Shown: one piece after another, positions 36,630 through 47,807 of the stretch
How positions within the stretch are numbered: position 1 is the first letter of the stretch
Layout: each line of letters begins with the position of its first letter
Source: Anaerolineae bacterium
GTDB lineage: Bacteria > Chloroflexota > Anaerolineae > Aggregatilineales > Phototrophicaceae
NCBI GenBank assembly: GCA_034420985.1
Contig: DAOUKU010000065.1
Coordinates: 99,326-163,325, forward strand
Direction of reading: 5' to 3'
Length of the DNA stretch: 64,000 nt
Position numbers and translations under genes: made by a program
The notes under the pieces: generated by a model
The model's database searches: none
Told to the model about the DNA's origin: nothing
Seen by the model: only the letters and a program-made list of their open reading frames with translations

Positions 36630-37298
36630 GTGATATTCGCAGACCTGCATGACTGGGACATCAGCCCTAAAGCAGCGGTGTCCCTGCAACGAGAGTTAGC
36701 GCCACGTTTGTGCGATTCTGAGCCCCTGGATTTGCGGCTGATCAACACCGTGGCTGGCGTGGATGTCAGCGTGAAGGGCGGCCTCTCGCAGGCGGCTGTC
36801 GTCGTGATGCGCTTTCCGTCTTTGGACATCATCGAGACCGTCCACGCCCAGACAGAGACGCGCTTTCCCTACATTCCCGGTTTGCTGGCTTTTCGTGAGG
36901 GACCGGTCGCGCTGCAGGCGCTGCGGCAGTTGCAATGCCAGCCGGATGTCTATCTGTTTGATGGCATGGGGCGGATACATCCGCGCCGGCTGGGTATCGC
37001 CGCGCATCTTGGCTTGTGGCTGGGGCGCCCGACCATCGGCTGCGGTAAATCATACTTGATCGGCGAATATGTCCAGCCGGAGGATGTCAAGGGCGCGATC
37101 AGCCCGCTTGTGCATCGCGGTGAGACATTGGGCGTCGTCCTGCGCACGCGCGTCGGCGTCAAGCCGGTCTATGTATCGGTCGGCCACCTGGCTGACATCG
37201 ATTCGGCGGTGGAGCTGACTCTGCGCTGCACGCCACGTTATCGCCTGCCCGAGCCTATTCGCGCCGCGCATCGCGCCGCTGCTATATCGGCTGCTTAG
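36630..37298 (+). CDS. nfi: Endonuclease V
   Basis: VAGVDVS, GLLAFREGP, LFDGMGRIHPRRLGIAAHLG motifs. GTG start. Confidence 0.88.
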   Translation: MIFADLHDWDISPKAAVSLQRELAPRLCDSEPLDLRLINTVAGVDVSVKGGLSQAAVVVMRFPSLDIIETVHAQTETRFPYIPGLLAFREGPVALQALRQLQCQPDVYLFDGMGRIHPRRLGIAAHLGLWLGRPTIGCGKSYLIGEYVQPEDVKGAISPLVHRGETLGVVLRTRVGVKPVYVSVGHLADIDSAVELTLRCTPRYRLPEPIRAAHRAAAISAA

Positions 37299-38464
37299 CC
37301 GCCCGCCAGCAACTCGCGATACAGGTCGATGGTGGCTAGGCTGACCCGCCGCTGCGTGAAGCCGTCCAGCACAATCTGCCGCCCAACCGCTCCCATGCGT
37401 TGGCAGGCAGCGGGGTCCTCCAGCAGGCTTTCCAGCGCATTCACCAGCGCGTCGATATCTCCGGGTGGCGTCAGCAAGCCATTGACCCCGTCATGCACAA
37501 TTTCGCGACAGCCGGGCGTATCTGTAGTGACGCAAGCTCGCGCGCAGGCAGCCGCCTCAATCAGGACCTTGGGCACGCCCTCGCCATAGGTCGAGGGCAG
37601 GCAGACAATGCGGCTCTGGGCATATTGCGCGGGCATATCGTCGCGTTTGCCCAGCCACTCGATCAGTCCCTCATCATGCCAGACTTGCAGTTGCGCCGCC
37701 GGCACATTCAGCGGGCTGGTGGGTTCTTCATAGCCGATAACGCGAAAACGCGCTCGCCCTTGCAGCCGCCGCGCTGCCTCGACAAATTCGCCGATGCCCT
37801 TCTGCCACAGCAGTCGTCCGGCATAGAGCACGACCGGCAGGCCTGTTGCTGGCTCAGGCGCAGGGCGGAAGACTGTCTCATCGACCCCCGAACCGCGGAT
37901 GAGACGCGCGTGCGCGTCGTCGACCAGTCCCTGCTCAACAAACAGTCGCATATCGTCCGGATTTTGGAATATGACGCGGCTGTCAGCGCCCGACATCGCC
38001 AGCTTCAGCGCTGGTTGCAGCAGTCGGCTGAGCAGACGCGCCTTGAAGCCGCCGCCGACGAAGACATAGCCCAGCCCGCTCATAGCGTTGATGACCGCCC
38101 GGCGACCGCTCAACCTGGCGGCAATGCCACCATAGAGCACGGGCTTGATGCTGACATGATGAAGCAAATCGGGCTGCAGCCGCGTGTAAAGCTTGCGCAG
38201 CGCCAGCAGCGTCCGCAGTTCAGTCACGGGGTTAGCGCCGTGTTGACTCAAGGGCAGGGCATGGAAAGGCAATCCCGCCGCCTGGATGCGCGCCACCGAT
38301 TCTCTGTCGTCCGCGGATGAGGCCACCGCTACCTGAAAGCCCGCCTCCCGAGCCCTCAGCGCCAGTGGCAGCCGATGCGACAGAAAAAAGCGCGGGATGT
38401 TAACCACAAAGAGCAGGCTGGCTCGCTTCTCAGGCAAAGTCGCCCCTTTGCAGCTGGATGGCAA
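37295..38464 (-). CDS. Glycosyltransferase, GT4/GT-B family
   Basis: C-terminal GT4 block (CLPSTYGEGVPKVLIEAAACARACVTTDTPGCREIV). TTG start, N-terminus uncertain. Confidence 0.8.
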   Translation of the reverse strand: MPSSCKGATLPEKRASLLFVVNIPRFFLSHRLPLALRAREAGFQVAVASSADDRESVARIQAAGLPFHALPLSQHGANPVTELRTLLALRKLYTRLQPDLLHHVSIKPVLYGGIAARLSGRRAVINAMSGLGYVFVGGGFKARLLSRLLQPALKLAMSGADSRVIFQNPDDMRLFVEQGLVDDAHARLIRGSGVDETVFRPAPEPATGLPVVLYAGRLLWQKGIGEFVEAARRLQGRARFRVIGYEEPTSPLNVPAAQLQVWHDEGLIEWLGKRDDMPAQYAQSRIVCLPSTYGEGVPKVLIEAAACARACVTTDTPGCREIVHDGVNGLLTPPGDIDALVNALESLLEDPAACQRMGAVGRQIVLDGFTQRRVSLATIDLYRELLAGG

Positions 38465-38467
38465 GCC

Positions 38468-38983
38468 CTAAACTGGCTCGTCCGGGTCGAACAGTTGCAC
38501 TTCATTGGTATCGTCGACGCCGGCGATGCTGTGGCTCAACGCTTCTAATGGCGACCGCCGGGCATAGCGAGCGCCCGCCAGTACATACACCAGCACGCCC
38601 AGCGACGACAGCCCAAAACTCGCCAATATGCCAATCATCTGCAGTTGCCCGAAGAAGAGATCGGTGACATCGCTGCGGATATGCGTGCCCAAGCCGACGA
38701 TATCCGCCAAGCCCGCTATAGCCGCGAAGAGAATGCCCGTTATCGCCAGGCGCACGCCGACCTGTTGGCTGAGCCGCGCCGGCACGCCCAGGAAAAATGT
38801 GCATTTTAGGTAAATCAGCGCACCCATGATCAAAAACCCGTAGCCAATCAGTATCATCAGCACTTGCACCAAACCGATACCGGTCGCGGTCTCCGCGCCC
38901 GTGACACCAGGGAAGAGTCCCATGAAGCAGATCATCGCCCCCAAAGCGCCCAAAGCTATACCGACTTGCGCAAATCGCCACAT
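38468..38983 (-). CDS. Hypothetical polytopic membrane protein
   Basis: 171 aa with 4-5 hydrophobic segments, packed tightly between the M19-like and GT4 genes on the same strand. Confidence 0.55.
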   Translation of the reverse strand: MWRFAQVGIALGALGAMICFMGLFPGVTGAETATGIGLVQVLMILIGYGFLIMGALIYLKCTFFLGVPARLSQQVGVRLAITGILFAAIAGLADIVGLGTHIRSDVTDLFFGQLQMIGILASFGLSSLGVLVYVLAGARYARRSPLEALSHSIAGVDDTNEVQLFDPDEPV

Positions 38984-38989
38984 TGTCCT

Positions 38990-40036
38990 TTAGCCGTCCC
39001 CCAGGCTTTCTCGCAACTTCCGCAGCATATTGCCGCCCAATATTCTCGCCGTATCGCCGTCGGAAAAGCCGCGTTCCCGTAAAGCGTCTCGCAGCAGCCA
39101 CAAGTCGCAACTGGTGTCGATCTCGGCGGGAGTGCTGCTGTAGGCATAGCCGCCGTCGATATCGCTGCCCAGGCCCGCATGCGCCGCGCTGCCCGTCAAC
39201 TGACAGACATAATCGACCGCATCCACCCAATGCGACAACGTAACCCGTCTCTTCGGGTCGCTGGGATGCCAGCCCCGCCACAGGAACCGATTATACAGCA
39301 TTATACCCATCACGCCGTCGCGCTCACACAGTTGTCGGATGATCTGGTCGGTGAGGCAAAGCTCATGGTCGCAGAAGCGGCGCGGGCTGCTGTGGCTGGC
39401 GATGATGGCGCCTTCATAGCGTTCAATGGCGCTCCCGGCGGCGCGCTCGCTCAATCCCGTGATATCCAGCAGGGTATTGGAATCCGCCAGCGCTTCCAAC
39501 AGTTCATAGTCAAAGCGGCTCAAATCGCCCGGTTCAACCTCGCCATCAGCCAGCGCCACAATGCGGACTCCCTGTTCCAGCCACTCCTCGATCTGCGCAG
39601 GCTCGCTGATTGGCGCGCTGCCTTGCAAAAGCGGCACGATGCCCTGTAGGCGATTGGCAAGGTCGTCTTCCTGCTTCCAGGAGTCCAGCACATCGTCTAG
39701 TTCCTGCCGATTCGTGACAAGCCGGATGCGCTCGTTTTCGTCCGCCAGGCGTTGATAATGATCCAGTTGCCAGCGTGTCAATCGCTGCGCGTCCGCCAGG
39801 CTCTGCCAGGTGTAGCGCGCTCGCTGCGGCAAATGCGGCGGCGACTCGGCGACCAGTTCGATACTGCCGAAGACCAGCGCCACCCGCCCCAGCAAATTGT
39901 CGGGCAGGCTGGATATGGCTGGCGGCGCGGACTTGTCCGTCTCGGCGCGGCGCTGCAGCCACGCCCAGCGCTCGTAGTCGCGTCCGCGCTGCAGGGCGTT
40001 CGGCGCGATATTTTCCATGGCGTCTACGATGATCAT
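38990..40036 (-). CDS. Peptidase M19 (membrane dipeptidase) family homolog, probably lacking most metal ligands
   Basis: C-terminal M19 blocks (IIASHSSPRRFCDH, GLGSDIDGG, ILGGNMLR). The N-terminal HxD block reads VDAMEN. Confidence 0.6.
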   Translation of the reverse strand: MIIVDAMENIAPNALQRGRDYERWAWLQRRAETDKSAPPAISSLPDNLLGRVALVFGSIELVAESPPHLPQRARYTWQSLADAQRLTRWQLDHYQRLADENERIRLVTNRQELDDVLDSWKQEDDLANRLQGIVPLLQGSAPISEPAQIEEWLEQGVRIVALADGEVEPGDLSRFDYELLEALADSNTLLDITGLSERAAGSAIERYEGAIIASHSSPRRFCDHELCLTDQIIRQLCERDGVMGIMLYNRFLWRGWHPSDPKRRVTLSHWVDAVDYVCQLTGSAAHAGLGSDIDGGYAYSSTPAEIDTSCDLWLLRDALRERGFSDGDTARILGGNMLRKLRESLGDG

Positions 40037-40112
40037 AATGTCCTTAGTCTACCGCCAGCGCAGCCGCTATGGTACAAGAGAAAGCCGCCAGAGCGATCGC
40101 GAGCCAATCCTC

Positions 40113-41759
40113 ATGCGCCTCCTGCAACTGCACAATGTCGGCGTCAACTTCGCCGGGCGCGAGTTATATCGCGGGCTGTCCTGGGAGATCAAGGCGCAGG
40201 ACAGCATCGCCCTGGTCGGACCCAATGGCGCGGGCAAGTCGACGCTCTTCAAATTGCTGCTTGGCGAAGTCGCAGCCGAGCGCGGGCAGATCACGCGACA
40301 GCCGGATACGCGCATCGCCTGCCTGCCGCAAGATATCGCCCTGTCGCCCGATCAGACCTTGCTGGAGACCGCCCTGGTCAAGCCGCCGGCGTTGGCAGAG
40401 GCGGAAGATGCGCTAAATGTCATTGAAGCCCAGCTGGCTGACCCGGCCGTCTACGACGATTCGACTCGCCTGAGCGAGGTGCTGGCGCAGCACGAAGCTC
40501 AACTGGCGCGTTATGAGCGCATGAACGGCCATCGCCATGCTAGCCATGTGCGCGAATTGCTGGCTATGCTGGGTTTTGATGCCGAGGACTACGCGCGCCC
40601 CAACCACACCCTGTCCGGCGGGCAGAAGAAACTGGTCGCTTTGACGCAACTGGCGGTGGCTGCGCCGGACATCCTGCTGCTGGATGAGCCGGACAATCAC
40701 CTCGACTTAAATGGCAAGCACCGTCTGGAACGTTTTATTCACAGCTACCGCGGCGCCGTCGTCATCATTTCGCATGACCGCTACCTGCTTGATGAGGTGG
40801 CCAAGCAAACCATCGAGCTGGAAGACAGCAAGCTGGCGGTCTACCACGGCAACTATTCTTACTACATCAATGAACGCGAACGCCGCCGCTTGCGCCAGCA
40901 GCAGCAATATGTCACCCAGCAGAAAGAAATCGCCCGCCTGGAAGCCATGATCGAGCGTTTTGAACGTTGGGCGCGCCAGGTGCTGAGTCGCAAGCACATG
41001 TTGGCGGCGCGTCAGCGGCGGCGCATATTGCAGCAGATGCACGAGCGCGGCGAAATCATCGAGAAGGTCGGCGAGCGGCGCTTAATGGACTTCAAGGTGG
41101 CGGGCTGGCGCGGCAGCAAAAATGTGCTCCAGCTTGAGGATTTGAGCGTGGCTTTTGACGACGAGCCGCTCTTTATGGACGTCAATCTGCTCATCCGCCA
41201 TGGCGAGCGCGTCGGCGTCATCGGCAGCAATGGAGCGGGCAAGACGGTGCTGCTCAAGCTAGCGCTGGGCGAGCTGCAGCCGACCCTCGGCGCGGTCAAA
41301 GTGGGACCCAGCGTACGCATCGGCTACTATTCGCAGGAACATCAAACCCTGGACGACTGGCTGAGCAAGACGCCGCTGGACTTGATCCGCAGCACGCAGA
41401 ACAGCAGCGAGGCCACGGCGGTAAATTTTCTGCTGCGCATGGCTTTTAGCTACGAGCAAGTTCGTCAAGCAGTTGGCAGCTTGTCCGGCGGCGAGCGCAG
41501 CCGCTTGCAACTGGCGCTGGTCATGCTGCAGGAGCCTAACTTGCTGCTGCTGGACGAGCCGACCAATAATCTGGATATCGCTTCGGTGGAAGTGCTGGAA
41601 GACGCGCTGGACGAGTTCGTCGGCACGGTCGTCATCGTCTCGCATGACCGCTATTTCCTCGACCAGACCGTCGACCGGCTGGTGGAGCTGCGCGACGGCG
41701 AATTGTGCGAGTACATCGGCGGCTACACCGAATATCTGCAAGCCACCGGTCGGCTCTAG
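40113..41759 (+). CDS. ABC-F family ATPase (two ABC domains, no TM)
   Basis: Two Walker A motifs (GPNGAGKST, GSNGAGKTV), two signatures (LSGGQKK, LSGGERSR) and an R/Q-rich interdomain linker. I moved the start to ATG 40113 to remove the overlap with the divergent gene. Confidence 0.88.
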   Translation: MRLLQLHNVGVNFAGRELYRGLSWEIKAQDSIALVGPNGAGKSTLFKLLLGEVAAERGQITRQPDTRIACLPQDIALSPDQTLLETALVKPPALAEAEDALNVIEAQLADPAVYDDSTRLSEVLAQHEAQLARYERMNGHRHASHVRELLAMLGFDAEDYARPNHTLSGGQKKLVALTQLAVAAPDILLLDEPDNHLDLNGKHRLERFIHSYRGAVVIISHDRYLLDEVAKQTIELEDSKLAVYHGNYSYYINERERRRLRQQQQYVTQQKEIARLEAMIERFERWARQVLSRKHMLAARQRRRILQQMHERGEIIEKVGERRLMDFKVAGWRGSKNVLQLEDLSVAFDDEPLFMDVNLLIRHGERVGVIGSNGAGKTVLLKLALGELQPTLGAVKVGPSVRIGYYSQEHQTLDDWLSKTPLDLIRSTQNSSEATAVNFLLRMAFSYEQVRQAVGSLSGGERSRLQLALVMLQEPNLLLLDEPTNNLDIASVEVLEDALDEFVGTVVIVSHDRYFLDQTVDRLVELRDGELCEYIGGYTEYLQATGRL

Positions 41760-42571
41760 GCGGGCAGCCTCGCGGGGATCACAGCGCCTGGGATGACAAA
41801 GGTGAAGTCGTCGTCGGTAATTTGCGCGGGCAAGCGGAATCCGCGGCGGATATCGGAGGATGCGCCTGCGAACAAGGACTTGATCAACGCTTGATTGGGT
41901 TGCGGGGTGCGCATGCGGCGCGTCCATGTAGCGAAATGCAGCGTCAGTTGGAAACGCTGAGGCGCCCCGGCCGAAAATCCAACTGCCTCCAGCAGCGCCA
42001 GCCACTCGGAAACGCGATAGTCGCGCACATGCGATGGGTCGCGCAGCAGTTCGATGGTTTGCAGGAAGGTATCTTGGGCGTAATCTTCGCTGGACATAAT
42101 GTCGCTGATGACGAAGACGCCGCCCGGTTTCAGCACGCGCCGAAACTCCGCCAGAGCCCGCGCCGGATGCAGCCAGTGATGCGCGCTGTAACGGGTGGCG
42201 ACGATGTCGATGCTGCCAGCAGGGCAGGGCAGTCGTTCGACATCAGCCTGCTGCAGGGTGATGTTCTTGATGCCGCGGTCCTGCGCCAGCGCCTCCAGTT
42301 GGTCGAGCATGGCGCGCGTGAAATCAAAAGCGATGACTCTGCCCGCCCGAGCCGCCAAAGCCAGCGCCGCATGTCCCGCTCCGCAGCCGGCGTCCAGCGC
42401 TAGAGAGTCGTCACTGGGCTGGGCAGCCGCCACCATGAGATCGAGATCCGCGCCGGCGGCATGGACTTTGCTGTAGCGATAGTTGCGGGCGACATTGCTG
42501 AATTGCCGCCGCACCTGCGCCTGGATATCCTGGGCTTCTGGCTGCGCTCTGCCCCGCTTTGCGTCTGTCAT
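41756..42571 (-). CDS. Class I SAM-dependent methyltransferase
   Basis: Motif I ALDAGCGAGHAA and a Methyltransf_11-like body. I chose ATG 42571, preceded by AAGAGG. Confidence 0.8.
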   Translation of the reverse strand: MTDAKRGRAQPEAQDIQAQVRRQFSNVARNYRYSKVHAAGADLDLMVAAAQPSDDSLALDAGCGAGHAALALAARAGRVIAFDFTRAMLDQLEALAQDRGIKNITLQQADVERLPCPAGSIDIVATRYSAHHWLHPARALAEFRRVLKPGGVFVISDIMSSEDYAQDTFLQTIELLRDPSHVRDYRVSEWLALLEAVGFSAGAPQRFQLTLHFATWTRRMRTPQPNQALIKSLFAGASSDIRRGFRLPAQITDDDFTFVIPGAVIPARLPA

Positions 42572-42851
42572 GGAAATACCTCTTGCAATCGCGCGCAATT
42601 CTGGTAAACTGCGGTCAAGCTAAATTCGATAACGCCCCGCGCCAAGGTTTGCCTTGACAAGACCTTCGGTATTCCTTTACCCTGTCCGCTTGCTTTCCGC
42701 TTGCCGACGCATTGTTGCGAGTACATGAGAATCGACCAGAGGCACAATTTGTGTTCTTGTCTAGCGCATTGCTGCGAATCACAGCGCGCAGCCCCATGCG
42801 CACCGCCGCAGTCCCTCAGCCGAGTTCATCGTTCAGCCAAGGAGCCGCGCC

Positions 42852-45800
42852 TTGAAACACTATTATAATGTGAAGAATTATGCTCGCACGCCCGAGATCC
42901 AGGACCTGCCCTCGCTGATCGACATCCAGCTCAAGTCCTTCGATCACTTCCTGCGCGGCGGCAAGCTGCTGGAGCTCTTCGACGAGATCAACCCCATCAC
43001 CAGCTTCAACGGCAACCTGTCGCTCTACTTCCCCGGCAATGACCCGCAAGCGCAAGAGTTTGGGCTCGAGTTCCGCCTGGACGACCCGAAGTACGACGAA
43101 GACCAGTGCATCGAACGCGATATGTCCTACGCAGCCTCGCTGCACGCTAAAGTCGCCCTGGTCAATCACGAACAGGCGGATGAATTCATCGTGCAGGAGA
43201 TCTTCCTGGGCGAGTTCCCGCTGATGACCGAAAAGGGCACCTTCATCATCAATGGCACCGAGCGAGTCGTCGTCAGCCAGTTGATCCGCTCGCCTGGCGT
43301 CTACTTTGACGGCGAAGAAGAGCGCACTACTGGTCGCTATCTGGCGACTTGCAAGCTGATCCCCGATCGCGGCGCCTGGATGGAGTTCGAGACGCGCAAA
43401 ACCGACTACATCACCTTTAAGTTCAACCGCAAGCGCACCATCCCCGTGACTATCCTGCTGCGGGCATTGGCTGCGGCGGAAGATGGCATGCCCGCCTCGC
43501 GCTCGCCCATCAAAACCGGCGAAGATGACGAAATCCTGGCGCTCTTCAAAGATGTCGATACCGACGAAGCGCATCGCTACATTGAAACCTGCCTCAAACA
43601 AGAACCCGTCTGGGACTTGAAAAAGAAGCAGACGATTGGCGAAGCGGCGCTGATCGAATTCTTCCGCCGCATCCGCCCCGGTGACCCGCCCACGCTGGAC
43701 AATGCCCGCAGCTTCCTGGAGGAGCAGCTCTTCGACAAGCGGCGTTACGACCTGGAGCGCGTCGGGCGCTACAAGCTGAACCGGCGGCTGGGTTTGGAAG
43801 ACACTGTCCCGCGCGAGCATCGCACCTTGACCAAGCATGACATCCTTGAGTTGGTGCGGCACATGGTGGAAATCAACAACCACGCCGACCCGGCGCGCTT
43901 CTTCGACGATATCGATCATCTGGGCAGCCGCCGCGTCAAAACCGTTGGCGAGCTAATCGGCAACAAATTGCGCGTCGGCCTACGGCGCATGGAACGCGTC
44001 GTCCGCGAACGGATGTCCATCCGGGAAGCTGATCAACTGGCGCCCGTGTCGCTAATCAACATCCGCCCGATTGTCGCGGCTGTGCGCGAGTTCTTCGGCT
44101 CGTCGCAGCTTTCGCAATTCATGGAACAGACCAACCCGCTATCGGAGCTGACGCACAAGCGTACGCTGTCGGCGCTGGGTCCCGGTGGCTTGCGGCGCGA
44201 GCGCGCCGGCTTTGATGTGCGCGATGTGCACAGCAGCCACTACGGGCGCATCTGTCCGATCGAAACGCCGGAAGGACCGAATATCGGCTTGATAGGACGC
44301 CTGGCCAGCTACGCGCGTGTCAACGAGCTCGGCTTCATCGAGACCCCCTATCGCAAGGTGATTCACAGCCTGCCGCTGGATGACGAGCGCTTGCTGGGGC
44401 GCGTCCTCTACGATGATGTGGAAGCCAGCCTGTCCCTGCCCAAGGGCGCGTTGATCACCGAGGATATCCTCGCCTTGCTGCGCTATCACGGCCTCAGCCA
44501 GGTCGCGGTGCATGCGCGGGGCGAGCAGGAAGCCGTCCGTGAGTTGGCTGTTGACGAATCGCTGGTGGGCTTGCGCGTTGGCGCAGACATCCGTGTGGGC
44601 GTTGTGCGCAGCCAGTTGACATCGCTGATTGACGCTGTGCGCGACCAACTGGAAAGCCGCGCCTTGAATGAGAATCGTGAAGAATTCGACGCGCTTTACG
44701 GCGAGTTGACTGGCGCAATCATCAGCGCCGCGGATCAACTCTGGGAGAATCGCGACCGCCTGACCCCGCAGCATCTGCATCACTTCGACGAAGTGGTCGG
44801 TCCGCGCGGGGCGGAACTGGAAGGCATTGTCTCCACCTATCTGAACGCGCGCGCCGAACTGCGCAGCGCCATTGACTCGCTGACTGCCGCGCTAGACAAG
44901 CCGTCCAGCCGCCTGGTGGATGTGCCCAAGCGCCTTGACCAACTCTATGACGAAGCTGCCAAATTTGCTGACAAGGTCGCGGACTTCACGCGCATGGCCG
45001 AAAAAGCGCTGAGCGGCGAGCCGCTCACGCCCCGCGAAGTCAACCGCACCATGAAATCCGCCTACAACTGTATCCGTCTCTTCCATGAGAAGATGTCGCG
45101 CGCTGATGAAGCCATTGAACGCGCCAGCAAGCCACTGGACGACTTGCTGAGATCCGATGTCATCACCGAGAGCCGCATGCTCGCGGAAAAGGGCGCCATT
45201 GTCGACGCGGACTTGCTCGAGGCGCTGGCTGAACATGGCATTGTCCAGGCGCCGGTGCTTGTGCTCAGCGATGATGGCGTCTCGGAAGACCTGCCCGTCA
45301 GCGACGCCTTGCTCGGGCGTGTGCTGCATGAACCTGTCGAAAGCGAAACCCTGGTGCTGGACGAGGGTGAGTTGATTGATGAAAGCGCGCTGGAAAAACT
45401 GCGGCTGGCAGGCTTCAGCGAAGCGCCGGTCGCGCCCTTTGCCTCGCGCGAGATCAGCTATCTGTCGGCGGATCAGGAAGACGAATTCACCATCGCGCAA
45501 GCCAACGCCGTGCTGGACGAACGCGACCAGTTTGTATCCAGGCGCGTGTCGGCGCGTCTCAATCAGCAGTTCATGTCGGTGACGCCGCAGCGCATCGAAT
45601 ACATGGATGTCGCTCCGCGCCAGATCGTCGGCATTAGCGCGGCGCTCATCCCCTTCCTGTCGCATGACGCTGCCAACCGCGCCTTGATGGGCTCCAACAT
45701 GCAGCGCCAGGCTGTCCCGCTGATCGCGCCGGATGTCTCGGTGGTCAGCACCGGCATGGAGCGCCAAGCCGCCTCTAGCAGCGGGCAAGTGCTGGTCTCG

Positions 45801-47735
45801 GAAGTGGCCGGCGAGGTCATCAGCGTGCAGGGGCACCGCGTCATTGTGCGCACGGAGTCTGGCAAGGAGGAAGAGTACACGTTGCGTAAGTACGAGCGCT
45901 CCAATCAGTCGACTTGTATCGACCAGCGACCGCAAGTGCGAAAAGGCGATACCATCCAGCCCGGCGACATCATTGCCGACAGCTCCTCGACTTACAACGG
46001 GCATCTGGCGCTGGGGCAGGATGTCTTGACCTGCTTCTTGTCCTGGGATGGCGGCAACTACGAAGATGCCTTGCTGGTCAGCGAAGATTTGCTGCGCAGT
46101 GACAAGTTCACCAGCATTCACATCGAGAAGTACGAGATCGAGGCTCGCGACACCAAGCTCGGCGCGGAAGAAATCACCTACGACATCCCCAATGTCGGCG
46201 AGGAAGCGCTGAAAGACCTCGACCAGGACGGCATCGTGCGTATCGGCGCGGAAGTGGGACCCAACGACATCCTGGTGGGCAAGATCACGCCCAAGGGTGA
46301 AAAAGAACTCTCGCCGGAAGAGAAACTGTTGCGCGCCATCTTTGGCGAACACGCGCGCGAAGTGAAAGACTCGTCATTGCGCCTGCCGCATGGCGATCGC
46401 GGCAAAGTGATCGATGTCAAGGTCTTTAACCGCGATGAGCACCCGGACTTGCCAGCTGGCGTCGAAAAGATGGTGCGCGTTAGTGTGGCGCAGCGCCGCA
46501 AGTTGACCGTCGGCGACAAAATGGCCGGGCGTCACGGCAACAAAGGCGTCATCTCCAAAATCGTTACCGTCGAGGATATGCCCTATATTGACGGCGGCAT
46601 CCCCTGCGAAATCATTCTCAACCCACTGGGCGTGCCGAGCCGCATGAACATCGGGCAGATCCTGGAGCTGCACCTGGGTTGGGCGGCGGATCGTCTGGGA
46701 TTCCGCGCTATCACGCCGGTATTTGACGGCGTCAACGAACTGGAAATCCAGGCGGAGCTGGGCAGAGCCTGGCTGATCGACTGGGCATGGAAACTGACGA
46801 CCGCGCGCGCCTGGGAAAATCAGAAGCGACTGGCTGCCAGCGCTGGCATGAGCGCCGAAGACTTTGACGACGACATGCATGTCATCTGCGCCTACCTGGT
46901 GGATAGCGTCGGCGCGTCGGGGCGCTACGACAACGAGAAGATCATCCTGGAACGCCAGGCAACTTATGTGCGGCGCGTGGCTGTCAGCGAGATCCTGCGC
47001 GAACATGGCTTTGACCCGGACGAGATCATGATCTATGACAATCACGGTTTGTCGACCCAAACGCGCGACCACTGCGATGCCAACGCGCTGGATGTCTCTC
47101 TCCGTCTGTGGATTCAGACAAATGCACCCGAACCCATCGAACTGGATGCGGATCTGAGCGCGCGCGAGCTTTTTGAAGTTGCTGACCGCGTTATGTTCGC
47201 CACCAACGAACCCGTGCCGCATTATGGCAAAATGACCCTCTACGACGGGCGCACCGGCGAGCCATTCGACCGTCCTGTGGCGGTTGGCTATGTGCATATG
47301 CTGAAACTGGCGCATCTGGTCGAAGACAAGGCGCATGCCCGCTCGACTGGTCCCTACAGCCTGGTCACGCAGCAGCCCCTGGGCGGCAAGGCGCAATTTG
47401 GCGGGCAGCGCTTCGGCGAGATGGAAGTCTGGGCGCTGGAGGCTTATGGCGCGGCGCATATCCTGCAGGAGATGCTGACGGTCAAGTCGGACGATGTGCA
47501 GGGGCGTGTCAAGACCTACGAGAGCATCGTCAAGGGCGAACCAATTGAAGAGCCGGGCATCCCTACCAGCTTCCGTGTGCTGGTTAAGGAATTGCAGAGC
47601 TTGGGGCTGTCGGTCGAAGCCATCACCGGCACAGGCGATGTCATCCGCTTCGGCAAATATGATGAGCAGTACCGCAAGCCCCAACCGGAAACGGGGCTGC
47701 TGGGCTTGGGCGCTGCGCGTTCCGCCGAGTTCTAG
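42852..47735 (+). CDS. rpoB: DNA-directed RNA polymerase subunit beta, unusually long (1627 aa)
   Basis: Conserved blocks are present ([117 protein letters not shown]). TTG start 8 nt after AAGGAG. Confidence 0.95.
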   Translation: MKHYYNVKNYARTPEIQDLPSLIDIQLKSFDHFLRGGKLLELFDEINPITSFNGNLSLYFPGNDPQAQEFGLEFRLDDPKYDEDQCIERDMSYAASLHAKVALVNHEQADEFIVQEIFLGEFPLMTEKGTFIINGTERVVVSQLIRSPGVYFDGEEERTTGRYLATCKLIPDRGAWMEFETRKTDYITFKFNRKRTIPVTILLRALAAAEDGMPASRSPIKTGEDDEILALFKDVDTDEAHRYIETCLKQEPVWDLKKKQTIGEAALIEFFRRIRPGDPPTLDNARSFLEEQLFDKRRYDLERVGRYKLNRRLGLEDTVPREHRTLTKHDILELVRHMVEINNHADPARFFDDIDHLGSRRVKTVGELIGNKLRVGLRRMERVVRERMSIREADQLAPVSLINIRPIVAAVREFFGSSQLSQFMEQTNPLSELTHKRTLSALGPGGLRRERAGFDVRDVHSSHYGRICPIETPEGPNIGLIGRLASYARVNELGFIETPYRKVIHSLPLDDERLLGRVLYDDVEASLSLPKGALITEDILALLRYHGLSQVAVHARGEQEAVRELAVDESLVGLRVGADIRVGVVRSQLTSLIDAVRDQLESRALNENREEFDALYGELTGAIISAADQLWENRDRLTPQHLHHFDEVVGPRGAELEGIVSTYLNARAELRSAIDSLTAALDKPSSRLVDVPKRLDQLYDEAAKFADKVADFTRMAEKALSGEPLTPREVNRTMKSAYNCIRLFHEKMSRADEAIERASKPLDDLLRSDVITESRMLAEKGAIVDADLLEALAEHGIVQAPVLVLSDDGVSEDLPVSDALLGRVLHEPVESETLVLDEGELIDESALEKLRLAGFSEAPVAPFASREISYLSADQEDEFTIAQANAVLDERDQFVSRRVSARLNQQFMSVTPQRIEYMDVAPRQIVGISAALIPFLSHDAANRALMGSNMQRQAVPLIAPDVSVVSTGMERQAASSSGQVLVSEVAGEVISVQGHRVIVRTESGKEEEYTLRKYERSNQSTCIDQRPQVRKGDTIQPGDIIADSSSTYNGHLALGQDVLTCFLSWDGGNYEDALLVSEDLLRSDKFTSIHIEKYEIEARDTKLGAEEITYDIPNVGEEALKDLDQDGIVRIGAEVGPNDILVGKITPKGEKELSPEEKLLRAIFGEHAREVKDSSLRLPHGDRGKVIDVKVFNRDEHPDLPAGVEKMVRVSVAQRRKLTVGDKMAGRHGNKGVISKIVTVEDMPYIDGGIPCEIILNPLGVPSRMNIGQILELHLGWAADRLGFRAITPVFDGVNELEIQAELGRAWLIDWAWKLTTARAWENQKRLAASAGMSAEDFDDDMHVICAYLVDSVGASGRYDNEKIILERQATYVRRVAVSEILREHGFDPDEIMIYDNHGLSTQTRDHCDANALDVSLRLWIQTNAPEPIELDADLSARELFEVADRVMFATNEPVPHYGKMTLYDGRTGEPFDRPVAVGYVHMLKLAHLVEDKAHARSTGPYSLVTQQPLGGKAQFGGQRFGEMEVWALEAYGAAHILQEMLTVKSDDVQGRVKTYESIVKGEPIEEPGIPTSFRVLVKELQSLGLSVEAITGTGDVIRFGKYDEQYRKPQPETGLLGLGAARSAEF

Positions 47736-47743
47736 CTGCTTGC

Positions 47744-47791
47744 AATCGGGGGCGCTGTTGGCAGTTGCCCCCGATTCGCCCACGCGAATCG
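47744..47791 (+). terminator. Two overlapping GC-rich hairpins downstream of rpoB (no U-tract)
   Basis: Hairpin 1 is aatcgggggc...gcccccgatt (10-bp stem, 47744..47776). Hairpin 2 is cgattcgc-ccac-gcgaatcg (8-bp stem, 47772..47791). They share 5 nt. Confidence 0.35.
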
Positions 47792-47807
47792 GAAACGAGC
47801 GAGCCAA

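Noticed and set aside
44364-45449. Intein or mobile insertion inside rpoB
   Set aside because: There is no Cys/Ser/Thr at the upstream junction with a His-Asn plus nucleophile at the downstream junction, and no homing-endonuclease motifs. The composition matches the host gene, and the flanks resemble RNAP BBM2-type repeats.
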